64,000 bases of DNA from the NCBI RefSeq assembly GCF_002105155.1, contig NW_019028998.1, forward strand, positions 1 to 64,000, written 5' to 3'. The notes beneath the pieces were generated by a model. The model saw only the letters and a program-made list of their open reading frames with translations, had not been told where the DNA came from and searched no databases. Shown piece by piece: positions 8,065 through 21,104 of the stretch; positions within the stretch are counted from its first letter, which is position 1; the number at the start of each line of letters is the position of its first letter. The position numbers and the translations under genes were made by a program. This stretch comes from Lobosporangium transversale (Eukaryota).

Positions 8065-9971
8065 ATGGATCCATCACGAAAGCGTTCGTCCGCCGCGGAG
8101 CTACCAACACTTATTGCGAAAGCAAAGAGAAAACGCCCCAATGACAATCAAATCTCTTCAAAGGCAATGCTCAGTTCAATACGAATGGAATGGATTTTGC
8201 TTGACAATACGTCTTTCCTGAATGAAAATTACTAAAACTAATCTCTCTAACTTTGCAATTTTTGATACAACATGGGCAATAAAAATCAGATTGAAGCTAT
8301 TGTTCCTGAATCAAAGCTTTATTCAGAGCTCTTGCAATTTGAAAAAAAACTGGATGCCACTATTATGAGGAAGCGTTTGGACCTGCAAGAAACCCTCAAT
8401 AAACCTGTTAAGGTAAAGGCATCATACTCTAAACCCATAGTGCTGAATTGTCAACATCAGCCTGTAAGATTGATACTAATCGATGGGTTGAATGGCTCTT
8501 TTCTTTCTTTTAAACACAATTAGATCAAGCGCACACTTCGCATTTTTATATCCAACCTCTCGCATGATCAAGACGCGTTAGAGTCGGAAGATGAAGAACC
8601 ACAGTTGGACAAAGGGCCAACACCTTCATGGACCCTTAAAGTTGAAGGCCGACTAGTTGATGTATGTCTTTTTCCTAGCCCGCTGTTGCTTCATTGGGAG
8701 TTATTTAGACTTGCTATTTCCTGGAATAGTATCGCTTATTGTCAATGCCCATAATTTACGAATAATAGGAGGTCAATGCTTCGGCGTACAAGAACCGCCA
8801 GACAAGCAGGAAATTCTCAAGTTTTTTCAAGTCAGTAATGATTGAACTGGATCGAGATTCCAATTTGTATCCCAACGGTAATTTTGTAGAGTGGCATAAA
8901 TCACCAAATCAGGCTGATGTTGACGGTTTCGAAATCAAGCGACATGGTGATGAGAACGTCAAAGTGAGGGTGATTCTGCACCTTGATAATTCGCCTGAAC
9001 GCTTCAAACTTAGCCCCGAATTGGCAGATGTCCTGGCAATTGATGTCGAGACACGGCCTGGTATCATGATGGCATTATGGCAATATATCAAGTTTCACCA
9101 ACTGCAGGACCCCGAGGATAAGAGGAATATCAACTGTGACCATAAATTAGCTGCTGTAAGTGGAATGAGACTTGTTACCAGGATAGCTGTCACATGGATT
9201 AACAGCAGTTACTGATTAATTAATTTGTAACTGATCCGTATCATGTAGCTTTTCAACCAACCCAAAATCTCTTTTCCAGCACTCCCAGAATTGATTGGAC
9301 GTTTCCTCTCACCTCCAGATCCAATTGTACTGGAATATACCGTTCGTGTAGATAAACCCTATCACCTTTCTCCACACTGCTACGATCTGGACGTGGAAGT
9401 TGACGACCCATTGTTCAAAAGCAAGATTTCATCATTACTTTCTTCAACATCACCAAGCAATTCAGCTACCGCCATCAACAGTACGGTTTCCAATACCGCA
9501 GCGGCAACCATTACAAACTCTCTTCCAAAACAGATTCATACACAGGATGAACAGATAATGCAATATATCCAAAGTATGCACAACTCTAAAACGAAGCGTG
9601 ATTTCTTGCTTCGATTCGCAAACGACCCTGTAGATTTTTTGGATCGGTGGGTGGCCTCGCAGAGCAGGGATCTCGAAGTCATCCTAGGAGAGTCTCACGT
9701 GAACTTGGAAGAACAAAGACGCGCAGAATTTTACAATCAGCAGTGGGTTAATGAGGCAGTATTCCATTATATGACTGCTAAAAACCAAAAGAAATTGCAA
9801 GAACTTCTGAGCGGACATCCACAGGTGGTACCTGCGCCAGGTCCAGCTCCTGGTCCCGGTAGCAATCAGCAACCACTGTTGCAAGGAATCGTACCGAGTG
9901 CACCAGGACACCCTTCACAGCAGCAGTTCCAACAGAGTATGCCCCCTGGACACGCAGGCGGACGATTTTAA
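8065..9971 (+). CDS. SWI/SNF-RSC SWIB-domain subunit (SMARCD/Snf12/Rsc6 family)
   Basis: Motifs [51 protein letters not shown], the SWIB segment [17 protein letters not shown] and [18 protein letters not shown]. Multi-exon; the first intron is probably GC-AG. Confidence 0.92.
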
Positions 9972-10145
9972 ATCAATCTATTACTCGCATGCTTTTCCAC
10001 TATTCTTTTTGGTTATCTTTTTTTTTTTTTTTTTTTTTTTTTCTTTTTTTCGATAAATCAGTTCATTACGCCTTTAAAGCTACTTGTACTTATCTAGTTG
10101 TTGTTATTGTTGTTAAGGTTTTTTTAAATGCTAATTTGAGGCAGT

Positions 10146-10378
10146 CTAGGCCATTTCTTCATCTTCATCTTCATTGTACTCGATCTCGCCACCTTCAGGC
10201 TCCTCTTGCTCTATTTCTGGACCAATAAGATTTGTGATGGTTTCCAGCAACTCCTGTGTATGTTGCAATAAAGGCTCATCTGTTGAACCCGTTGCATGCC
10301 ACAACTAACAGATTCACATAAAAGATTTAGTTAAGGAACATTGTGTAGAAAGTCAACTCAATCCAATTCAATCCACTC

Positions 10379-10415
<37 letters not shown>

Positions 10416-11573
10416 GTCTCGCTGCATAGAAGAACAACTTTACCTTTGTACATGCATTTAACGCCTCGCGAGCATTCTCCAGTTGTTCCTTCTTCTCCTC
10501 GTCGGCATTGGGCGATTCTGGATCTACTTCTTCTGCAGCAATATAGTTGGCCCATCCAAAGAGATAAAGGGTATCCGGGACCTGGTCGTTCTCTTCAATT
10601 AAACCGTTTAACACCGTAAATGCTTCGTCATACATGGCGGTTTCCAAAAGCAGCTTGACAAGGGCAAGACGAGTCTCATAATCTGGCGTTGGTCCATCTT
10701 CATCAGTGGGATCTGATCCCAGCCATAGTGCTAAGCCCTGAGCTAATGCCACCTTGGCTTCATCTCCTCGCTGTTGACTCAATCTTACTGAAGCTAGAGT
10801 CTGATATACTTCAGGTGTTACAGGCTCGATCTGCATTGCCTGTGCCAAGTAGGCTTCACATTGTGATTCTGCATCGGGCTCAAAGCTATAAGTAACATAT
10901 TTGAATTCTTAACGAATAAGTAAAATGTTGTATTCTCGTCCTAGCTAGCTTATTATCTGCTGATGATGATTACATAAAAATAAAAAAGGCATTTACCAAC
11001 AGTCCGTCAAATAGATATCAGTCATCGAGCAAAGTGCAGACGAAATTTTGCTCGATAGCTTCAGATAATCACTTCCTTTAGTGATATCAACTGGCATTTT
11101 GGCTCTTTCATCTATCATAAGATTAACGCCTTGTTGAAAATATGAAATCGCCTCAAGTTGCTCCGACATTTGGCCGAGATACATAAACTTTGAATAGCCT
11201 GTATCAGGTTGCAGTCTGACACACTCCAAGAAATGCTTAGCAGCAATAACCAGAAATTTTTGGATAAGTTAGCCTTTGAGTATATTGCTTTGATGTTGGT
11301 ATCTAAAATAATATCGCTCGATCTTTGAGGGGTCAGTACCTCTTTGGCTTCATTAAATAGCTCAAGCTCGACCTCAATGGATCCTGCAGCCTCAAGTGCA
11401 TTCACATTTTTGGGTTCCATAGACAAAGCCCGCATAGCAAATTGGTGAGCGAGCTCAAACTCGAAGCGGTCAACGGCTTGGTTGGCCTGAGCGAGTAAGT
11501 CGTTTACTGTGTAAGTTGGCGCTGATCCGCCTGTTGACCGTGCTGTAGCCTTGGAGCGCTGGAATTTGCCCAT
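10146..11573 (-). CDS. ACL4: TPR protein, assembly chaperone of Rpl4 (Acl4-like)
   Basis: TPR-like helices, KFMYLGQM..AISYFQQG, ALCSMTDIYLTDC, PEVYQTLASVRLSQQR and YETRLALVKLLLE, plus an acidic C-tail; four exons. Confidence 0.8.
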
Positions 11574-11730
11574 TCTTAAAAGTTTGTGAAGAGTGTAGAG
11601 GGAGAAACAAATGCCATGCAGCCGTGAATGCAGAGGCAGAACACAACCAGCAATGTTGAGGAGGAAGGACAGTTTTTTTTTTTTTTTTTTTTAAGTAATT
11701 GGATAATAAACTAAGCCACTTAAATTTTGC

Positions 11731-11787
11731 CTAGATTGTAAACTTCATACACCTTGAGAAGTCATACAATAAAATAAAAGTTACGAG

Positions 11788-11825
<38 letters not shown>

Positions 11826-12657
11826 CAACAATAATAAAAACGTTACAGACATGTCGGATCAAGCAATTTCTTACCTAGTATCTTCATGGGTTCTTAGGCA
11901 TTTGAGATCACAGTAGCGCATGCCGCATCGATTGCATCGATACCTGCCTTTCCAGCCGCAGACTGAACAAAATTGTCGATCTGGATATCGACTGGGTCCC
12001 ATTGCTGCTGTTACATACGTGGGAATACTATTATTAAGGCTATCTGTCAAAAGCCCTGATTCTTCTAGAAGCTGGCTCAATGGTTTGCGTGATAATAATG
12101 GTTTCCGGCTACCAACCATTGGACTCGAACTAGAAGCAGAACTATTGTTGAGAATGCTACTGCTATTACCGTGGTTTGCCGTGTTACTGCTTGACGTATG
12201 AATGTTATGTTTTTTGGATCGACTTCCAGATAATGTTCCTGAGGGTTTATTCCCCGCCGCCACAGCCCCTAGCCCAATAGTACCGACAACGCCTCCAACA
12301 ATGGAACCAACTGATGAGCCAAGGGGTGGTAAAATCCCTAGAGGGTCGAGGTTGGTGTGGGTAAGACTGATGGGTCCTTGAGCCGTGGCAGCAGCAGCGG
12401 CAGTAGCGATGATAGCCTCGTATTCATTCAGAGCTACGAAGTTATCGCGCTCTAAAGAATCAAGGTGGTGTCGGACTTGACGCTTTCGCGCCTCCGCATC
12501 TAGCACTTTTGGCGGCGCTATATTTTAATATGGATTGCAGAATGGTAATGAAGTGATTGATGAGAATAGGTCGAGATGAGTTATTAAATGGGCACCATGC
12601 TGACACAATGTTTTTTTTTTTACCTGTTTTCGTGCCACGATCTGGTTTCCTAGACAT
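11731..12657 (-). CDS. VPS71: SWR1 complex zf-HIT subunit (Vps71/Swc6/ZNHIT1)
   Basis: RxxxxHLDSLERDNF, YVTAAMGPSRYP and the HIT finger CSVCG..RCNRCGMRYCDLKCLRTHEDTRC; three exons. Confidence 0.9.
11790..11836. repeat. (TAA)n/(CAA)n microsatellite in the last VPS71 intron
   Basis: Directly visible in the sequence. Confidence 0.9.
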
Positions 12658-12843
12658 CACTGAAGGTTTTTAATGCCAGTCTAGTTGAATAAAGTAGAGT
12701 GTTACAAAATTCTGCAACTCTTCCATTTAACATTAATAAGTCCCTCACCAAATTGTTACCCACAGTATTAATCAGCAGCTCCAACCAAAAGTTGCAGTTT
12801 TGTTTTTTTACTCATTCCATCCAAGAATCTTTCTACGTCCAAT

Positions 12844-13431
12844 ATGGCCCCGACACTAATGAAGGTATTCACCTCTGGGCTGTGCACCACCATGCACACA
12901 CCTCAGTATGAATTTCTATCTGGTGCTGAAACACACTATTTCGGTAGGCAATGGCATATTTGCAAGCTCCTTGCACGCTCCTTTGTGCTTTTGGTACATG
13001 GTATTCGCCGTACTGATATAGCCTTCCTTTTTTTTTTTTTTTTTTTTTTTTTTTTCCTTCGCTTTTACTACGCAGAGAGCCCTGAACGTCGTGAAGCCAT
13101 TCTCAACTTTCTGAGATCGCATCCAGATATGTTCGAGGTCACCGAATATTTCGAAGATTTTGGTTACCAGCCTATCAAGCGTGTACATAAGAAAGACTTT
13201 TTAGAGTATCTCGAGACCGCCTATGAGGAATGGATCGCAGAGGGAGGCCATCCCAATGGAGTTTTGCCTGCAACCATTCCACACCATAAGCTTGCGCGCT
13301 TGGGTAGGCTCAAAGCTTCAAACTGCCTCGCAAAATCAGGTCAATACTGTTTCGATCTATCCGCCGTAATTACTAAAAGTAACGTCTTACAATAACTCAC
13401 CTGAAGATGATACGTTATTTTATTCGATTGT

Positions 13432-13466
<35 letters not shown>

Positions 13467-14302
13467 CGATAGACACGTTCAAATCTGCCTGGAATGCAGC
13501 ACAGATTACATTAACTGCGGCCAAGGAACTCGTTCGTATTGGAGAAGAGTATGAGATGAACGTCACCGATGGCTCCTCGAGAGAAAATCCTCCTGGTTTG
13601 TACGCTCTAGTACGTCCCCCGGGACATCATGCGCAATCTGATCTCTGTGGCGGTTATTGTTTCCTTAACAATGTTGCGATCGCTACCCAGTGGCTGATTG
13701 ACCAGCCTGAGCTAAAGCGTAAAGATGGCGGACTCAAGAAAATTGTAATCCTTGATATCGACTTCCATCAGTAAGTGATCATGAACGATTACTTTAAGAC
13801 ACATTGATGTCTTTTGATTCTATTTAAGATGAAGGATCTATGTTAATATTTTCATCTTTACGATAGTGGAAACGGAACGCAAGAGATCTTTTATACCACT
13901 TCCAATCCTCTTTACATCTCTCTCCATTCAGATGATGACTATCCTTATTTTACCGGATCAGAAATCGAAAGAGGCGAAGGTGAAGGTTTGGGTTTCAATA
14001 TCAACCTTCCTCTACCTAAGGCAACCACCGACGATGATTATGTAGAGGCGCTTGAGAAGCTTATTCAAGAACATATCATCCCATATAAGGCAGATTATGT
14101 TATTGTGTCACTGGGTGTCGATACCTTCAAGGATGATCCCATTGCAGGATTCTTAGTTACATCCGAAGGATATCCTAGAATTGGGAACGCAATCCGAAAA
14201 ATCGGCCTACCCACGTTGTTCGTGCAAGAAGGAGGATACTGCATCGAGATGCTTGGCATTAATGTAGGCGGCATTTTGTCAGGGTTTTTAGGTCGAGCTT
14301 AA
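12844..14302 (+). CDS. HDAC/arginase-fold acetylpolyamine amidohydrolase (APAH)-like deacetylase
   Basis: [71 protein letters not shown] and QEGGY; four exons. Confidence 0.9.
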
Positions 14303-14573
14303 AGAGATATGTAGAATGGATGATCTTCATTTGAAGCTTTTAGAAGGAAGAGCACCATAAGATAAAGCATTGGAACCAAATTCATCATTTAGATCCTACG
14401 TTGGGTAGGCGCTCAATACTTCAATTCGAATTTTGGTTTACAATTATTCTCACTGAACCATAGCTTTCTCATAATCATAATGATTGACTATCGAAATATA
14501 ACTTTAAAGAATTGTACAATGCTGAATGAAAAAGGACTAGCTATTACTTTATAGACATGATCCATCTATATGT

Positions 14574-14863
14574 TTACAGTTGCTTGGAAGGAAGCTGAGT
14601 CAACAAAATACCGAAACGTTTCTTGAGAGTAACACGATGACGGGAGTACTTGTCATCAGGTGAAAAGCGAGCGGGATGGGCGGATTTAGTAACCTTGCCA
14701 GCAGGGGTGAGTTTCTATATTACAACAGCCAAGAAAACAGAGAAGAGTTTAGAATCCATGAATGATAAAATCATAAAAAGCGATGGTTATAACACAGCTG
14801 TTTTGTTACCTTGAGGGTGTAGATACGCTTGCCCTCAGGCGACAAAGTGTACATAAGATGCAT
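14574..14863 (-). CDS. NOP10: H/ACA snoRNP protein Nop10 (64 aa; absent from the ORF track)
   Basis: Exons 14863-14810 and 14714-14574 give [64 protein letters not shown]. The ATG directly follows a YAG acceptor, implying a 5' UTR intron. Confidence 0.97.
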
Positions 14864-15311
14864 CTGAAGAACAAAAAAATTGGTATTTTGCTGTTAATTT
14901 CCAGTGTTGATAAGTATTCTAGACACATGCTTATTTGTTTCCTGTAAGGTGCCATTCGATTCAAATGCTCGTCGTAGATAGAAGCCACTCTGATCGCTGA
15001 AGTTGAAATAGTCTGATTGTACTCAAGATCTTTTTGTATAGATGCATTCATGATGCTCCTCTAGCTCGAGTCCATACCTTTTTGTAATGAATGAAGAAAT
15101 GTGGTTTACTGGTTTTTTTTTTTTTTTTTTTTTTTCTTAATGTTTAGAGTGGCTTGGAAGCATATTTTGTTGGACTTGAACGCAGATCCTGGCATCATGT
15201 CTAATGTAATGTTCATGTTCACTACATCACGTGGGGTTCATTTAATTCTGGTATCGCAACAGATCAGTTTTTTGTACTCCTCAGCTTACTGAATTGCATT
15301 ACTTTGAAGTG

Positions 15312-15727
15312 ATGCTGTCCGCAAATCCAATTAATCATGTCTCATACCCCACTCTGCGATCCGTATTTTGGGCTATAAAGCAGGCATCTACAGCCATACG
15401 CACGACACACTCCGGGACTTTCACGCATCTGCCTACGAAGACAAAGAATGTCCATGGCAACCACAAAGTAATATCTCAATGGGACTAGACATAGGCAATT
15501 GTGAATCGTGCCAAAGCCTTATTTGGTGAATAATCTGGTTCACATAATGTATTTTGCACCTGCATATCTTGTATATCTCCAATTGATACTACAGATCAAG
15601 ACATACATCTCCACATTAAACGATCCCTGGACAAACCTTGCGTTCGAAGAATGGTAACGATCAGTGGAAGCAATTTGTATAATCCATTAGATATAAAATG
15701 ACCCGATATTCATCGAACTTTTTTTTA

Positions 15728-15805
<78 letters not shown>

Positions 15806-16312
15806 AGGCTCTTTAGAAACTCGGATCCGGAGACATATATTTTGTTTCTATATCGGAATTCAAGATCAGTTATAATTGGTCGAAACCAGGTAAAACCAGA
15901 GGACATGGACGATTATGGCGATGTTAATGCATTGGCAAAGTTAGTGTTGACTTCAAAAAAATTCTACATTTCTAGAACCCATGGAAAGAGTGTAATTTAA
16001 AACTTCTAGCAAGGGATGGCGTACCATTTGTGCGACGTAAGAGCGGAGGAGGAACCGTTTATCATGTAAGAATCCTTGTCTGTAGTGGGCGATTGACAAA
16101 CATTGCCAGCCAATGCCATCTAATTTAGCATCGCTTAATGACGCTGTCGGTACTACAGGATATGGGAAATACCAATTACTCTATCATGATGCCTAGAGAG
16201 GCCTTCGATCGTCGGACTAATGTGGAGCTAGTTTGTCGTGCTCTTCAAGAACTGGACATACCAGCCGTTGTGAATGAGCGCCACGATATTACCCTGGATG
16301 GCAAAAAGATAC

Positions 16313-16349
<37 letters not shown>

Positions 16350-16896
16350 TGGTGATTGCCACTTTTAAATCCCACATCAAATGAGTTAACGAAAACTTTT
16401 TTTTTCAATTTTGCGGATTACACATTTCAGGTTCTGCATTCAAGTTGATCCAAAAGCGAGCTTATCATCATGGAACCATGCTCATTGATACCGATCTTGG
16501 ATCATTAGGACAATATCTTAAAGTAGACAGATCCAACCTCACTACCAAAGGTGTTGCTTCTATCCGATCACCTGTAACACGTTTACGTGAGTACTCGTTC
16601 ACGATTGATCACTTATCATTCTGCGAAGCAACGAAGGCAGAGTTTTTAAAGAAATATGCGTTTGAACAATGGCGACAAAACCTGGAGGAAGACTTCATCG
16701 TGGTGGACGATGTAATGATCAATGAAATAGAAGACGTCAAGCTGATCCGCGATGATATGAAGACGTGGGAGTGGATGTTCGGGCAAACGCCCGAATTTAC
16801 GTATCGTCTTGAACATGTCTTTTCCTGGGGAATTGTTGTAAGCTTTTGAGTAAAAAGAAGAAAATATACTGAAGTTCTTAATTGATACTTGATTAA

Positions 16897-16931
<35 letters not shown>

Positions 16932-17196
16932 GGCATTTATACCATAGAATATTGTGATTACATCCAAAGAAGGATTAATTTGTAAAGTCAATATTGATTC
17001 TATGGACGACAGCATTGGAGCACAGTCATTATCACTCACAGCACTAAGCGTCGGGATGGAAGGCCAGCGATACGATAGACAGGGACTGGATTTAGCAGTC
17101 GAGAGAATCAAGAATGAAGCACCAGAAGTCTTTTCACAGCATAGCGCTATAGAAATGATCAGAGACGTTGTCAATTGGCTTAAAGAACAACTTTAG
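15312..17196 (+). CDS. Mitochondrial lipoate-protein ligase A (Lip3/Aim22 family)
   Basis: [72 protein letters not shown] and [11 protein letters not shown], with an N-terminal presequence-like exon. One intron must be AT-AC (16309-16423). Confidence 0.92.
15726..15806. repeat. (TAA)n microsatellite abutting a 3' splice site in the lipoate ligase gene
   Basis: Long TAA run ending in AAATAAG|G; it produces the spurious poly-Leu ORF on the minus strand. Confidence 0.9.
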
Positions 17197-17314
17197 AACT
17201 TTAGATTGCTATTAGATCTTTACAGCCTGTGATAATCTCTTTCAAAATAAATGCTTTAGACAAGAATAAAACAAAGGTTATACACTTTTTTTCTTCTTTG
17301 TTCTTCTTTCTTTC

Positions 17315-18186
17315 CTACTCTACTTTTCTATGACAGAAAAACTGCTCATAGAGCGGATTGTTTGTTTCCTCTACCCAATGATAATTCAGATTCGCCAGAT
17401 ATTTTGCAAACTCTTCATTGTCCTCTTTTGGTACTTGCAATCCGGCTAGTACCTTGCCCATATCTAGTAGTAAATAATCAAGACCGTGTTAGAACACAAT
17501 ATTCCAGGTTAGGCAATAGACAGCGGCATATATCTATCAAATGTCAATATATACCTGAGCCATGATTACGATAATGAAAGAGTGACACATTCCATCCAGC
17601 TCTCAATCCCTCTAAGAATTGCAACAATGCACCAGGTCTCTCTGGAAATTCGAAGCGGATCATCCTCTCATTAGCAGCGTCCGATCTACCACCGATCATG
17701 TAGCGTGCATGGCTCTTTGCCATCTCATCCTCACTGATATCCCAAGCCTGCATATCCTCTCTGTTTAGAGTCTCCATGATCACGGGTACCTCCCTCCGTC
17801 GATCCTGACATAGGAATGACATAAAGATCTGCGCTCTCCTGTTAGCCGCGTATCTGTATGAGAATTCAGTGACCATCAGGGGATGAATGTGCTTGTAGAG
17901 TTTCAAGAAGGCCCCTGGTTGTTCAGGTATAACAACTGATAACAATGCCTCCTTCTGCTCACCAAGCAAGGCTCGCTCTGCTACAAAGCGGAGTCTTTCA
18001 AAATTCATATTTGCACCAGAGGTCACAGCCACACAAGTCTTGCTCGTTAGATTGTGTTCCCGCAAGTATTTTTTACATCCTGCTACTGCTAATCCTCCTG
18101 CAGGCTCAACGATTGAGCGCGTATCTTCAAAGATGTCTTTGATAGCGGCGCAGATCTATGTTATGAATAGTAAAAGGCATTTTATA

Positions 18187-18239
<53 letters not shown>

Positions 18240-19239
18240 AGAGCTAAGTGTAGCACTATGTTAGTGATTTACTCAAATATATAAAGCATGCCCTTACCTC
18301 GTCGTTTGTCACCTCAACCATTTCATCAACTAAAGTTTGGCACAACCTGAAAGGCTCTTCTCCTACTACTTTGACTGCTGCTCCATCTGCAAAGAGACCC
18401 ACATCTGTGAGTTGCACTCTCTTGCCTTGTTTAAGACTCTGTGTCATCGCGTTGGCATCAGCAGTCTCACAGCCTACGATCTTGATATGAGGGGCTACTC
18501 TCTTCACATAGGCTGCAATACCAGCAATCAGTCCTCCGCCGCCGACACAACAAAATATGGCATCAATTTCTTGCAGATTGTGCTGTCGCAAGATTTCGGC
18601 TCCGATGGTTCCTTGACCGGCAATTACATATGGATCATCAAAAGGTGGAATATTGGTGTAATTTTCTAAAGCAGTCAACCGTTCGCATTCGGCTTTAGCT
18701 TCATCAAAGTTCTTTCCATGTAAGATTACGGTGGAGCCTAGCCGCAACACATTTCTTGACTTGATTTCGGGTGTTGGAGTGGGCATCACAATGGTCGCCT
18801 TGACCCCCATGGTTTTGGCGGCTGATGCAACTCCTTGTGCATGATTGCCAGCAGAACAGGCGATCACACCCCGACGGCGCTCTTCCTCTGAGAGATGTGC
18901 CATTTTATTATATGCCCCACGAATCTTGAATGAAAATACATCTTGAAGATCCTCTCGCTTTAAGTAAATATTATTCTCAGTGCGGCTGGAGAGGTTGATG
19001 GCATGCGTTAAAGGTGATTGTTTGACTATATCGTAGCATCGAGCAGTGAGGATAAGGCGAAGATAATCTGGCTGATCCTGTTGCTGTTGGCCGTTGCAAC
19101 CATCAAAGTTGTAGTCGACAGCAGAGGACGACTTCAAGGGGCTGCTTGGAGACGACTGTGTGCGGCTATATGGAGGCACATAGGTGGATCGGATCGGTTG
19201 TTGTTGGTTTTCTGATACTGTCGAAGGCATGGGGGCCAT
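17315..19239 (-). CDS. ILV1: Biosynthetic threonine dehydratase
   Basis: [20 protein letters not shown] (PLP lysine), [49 protein letters not shown] and regulatory domains [19 protein letters not shown]; three exons. Confidence 0.97.
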
Positions 19240-19386
19240 GGCTATAAAATATCGTAGGGGCAGTGAGGAAAGGAAGAAAGAAAATGTTTAACTTGTTGGA
19301 AGGAAAAGCACTATTTAAGGATTGACCAATGATATTGATTATTCAATACATCCATATGAGTATACATATTTTTTAGAACAGTCACC

Positions 19387-19393
19387 TGAGTCA
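19387..19393. promoter_or_regulatory. Gcn4/CpcA-type element (TGAGTCA) upstream of ILV1
   Basis: Perfect TGA(C/G)TCA about 150 bp upstream of the ILV1 ATG; ILV1 is a known general-amino-acid-control target in fungi. Confidence 0.5.
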
Positions 19394-20549
19394 TATGTGT
19401 ATATAATACTTGGCTAAAGGTAGAACAGTATGGCTCTATCAGATGGCTTGGCGAGGCGCTCCAGACTGGGGCACCTAAAGCATGTTAGTTACCGTATGAT
19501 GGAGAGAGGGACACTCAGACAACCCACATAGGGAGGTAAAGCGGTAATGTGGTGCTGAAGTGCCTATTCCATACACGAAAACCGAAGGAATACTCTACTT
19601 GTTGCGAGAGCTCTTCCTTACCAATAACGCTTTCCTTTCCCCCAATTTAGCCTTTTAATGGCTCTGCTTCCATAAAAATCGTCCAGCATCCTGATTAGAC
19701 GGAACGTCGTCCTAAGTGACTGTTCAGTACTAATGGACTTGATAGCCATCTACCAACAAGGAACATAGTCTTGTGTTATTTGCTCTTTATCAATTCGATA
19801 TCCCAATGCAGGTAGATATAGTGGCAACCATTTCAGATGATTTCACATTTGATTTGGCTTGCATAGACCATGCTATAAAATGAAGCCTTAGTGAGAACCC
19901 TTGTTCTTACTTCAGTATAAACTTCGTATTTTTCCAAAAGAGAAATCTGGTATCTTAAGGAATTGTCTTATTAGAAAGGGCGTTAGAGAATGTCCAGCTA
20001 GACTGTTACAGCTTGTTCATTTTGATGAAGCGACTTTATTGACTACTAATCCTTACTACCTATACCTGTTTGTTAATTAATCTTTTCTCGTACCCGACTA
20101 CAATTATAGCAGAACTATCACAGGGACGCAAGACCCCTTCCTTTATTCGATGCTCTTTGTATTGGACAGCTTTACTTTGTTTTGCTTGCTACACCTTGCT
20201 TGAGGAAAGATGACAAATCAATATATTCTAGACACAGAATAGTAAAAGCAGTGCATGCATCCAACATCTATGCGACATGTCTTCCTTGAGTTAAGCACTT
20301 AATCATGATAACATGAGGTTATTTTTATTATTATTTGAACCTTGAAAATAGAGGGGACAAAGGCACTGAACAACATGCTTGTGAGGTGCCATGAATATGT
20401 AATTTACATCTATCCTGACCCTTACTACAGTGCCCTTCCGAGATTGAACAAAGCATTTCAGGTAGCCCAGGCAGTTTTAAGATCATAATGTTATGGGAGC
20501 CAAGGATATTGCGAGTGTGTGAAGATAATCTATATAGGTTGCAAGATCC

Positions 20550-20858
20550 ATGAATTACGTACCCCAGGCTCCCAATACATCTACCGCCTCGTCAGTTCAA
20601 GTAACAAAGATCAATAGCCAAGAGAAGTGAGGAATAATGACGAAGCAAAAAAGACAAGAGGAAGATTTAAAAACCCGAAGTGATGTAGAGCCAAGTTGAT
20701 CAAGAGTAGGGATGGAGGATCAATTGGAGCAGGCGTAGGATCAAGTGGGTTAAGGGTAGGACCAAGGTACTGAGTACAGTGTTAATCATTATGAGGAGGA
20801 TAATAATGACTATTCAGAGTCGTGGTGCTGCTGTAGATCTCGCTGCAATGTCATGTGA
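20550..20858 (+). pseudogene. Possible decayed gene for a small hydrophilic CaaX-terminated protein
   Basis: One frame runs from ATG 20550 to ...DYSESWCCCRSRCNVM-TGA 20858 with 5 internal stops (TGA, TGA, TAG, TAA, TAG). Confidence 0.45.
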
Positions 20859-21104
20859 ACTTAGTCAGTGGTAGGAGCCGCTTTGCTTAAAAAATCTGTA
20901 ATTTGTTACTTCAACCTCAAATGTTACCATGGAGTACAAATTAACTGTCGTTGTTGCACAAAATTATGGATTTTTTATTAATGCTGAAAGAAGCTTTTGT
21001 AAAAATGATATGTGCAAACCTCAGAGGTGACATTAAGGAGCTAGATATATATAGAGTTGGCCTTGGAAGTGGTACAAAGAAGCTTCATGGTACGGTATTA
21101 AACT

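Noticed and set aside
9989..10619. ORFs with poly-Phe, poly-Lys or poly-Leu runs (here and at 449, 15101, 15661, 18040, 21544, 23253, 59057)
   Set aside because: These are translations of intronic or intergenic homopolymers and (TAA)n repeats, not genes.
14864..15300. Intronic snoRNA in the NOP10 5' UTR intron region
   Set aside because: A plausible host gene, but I could not identify convincing C/D or H/ACA boxes with flanking stems.
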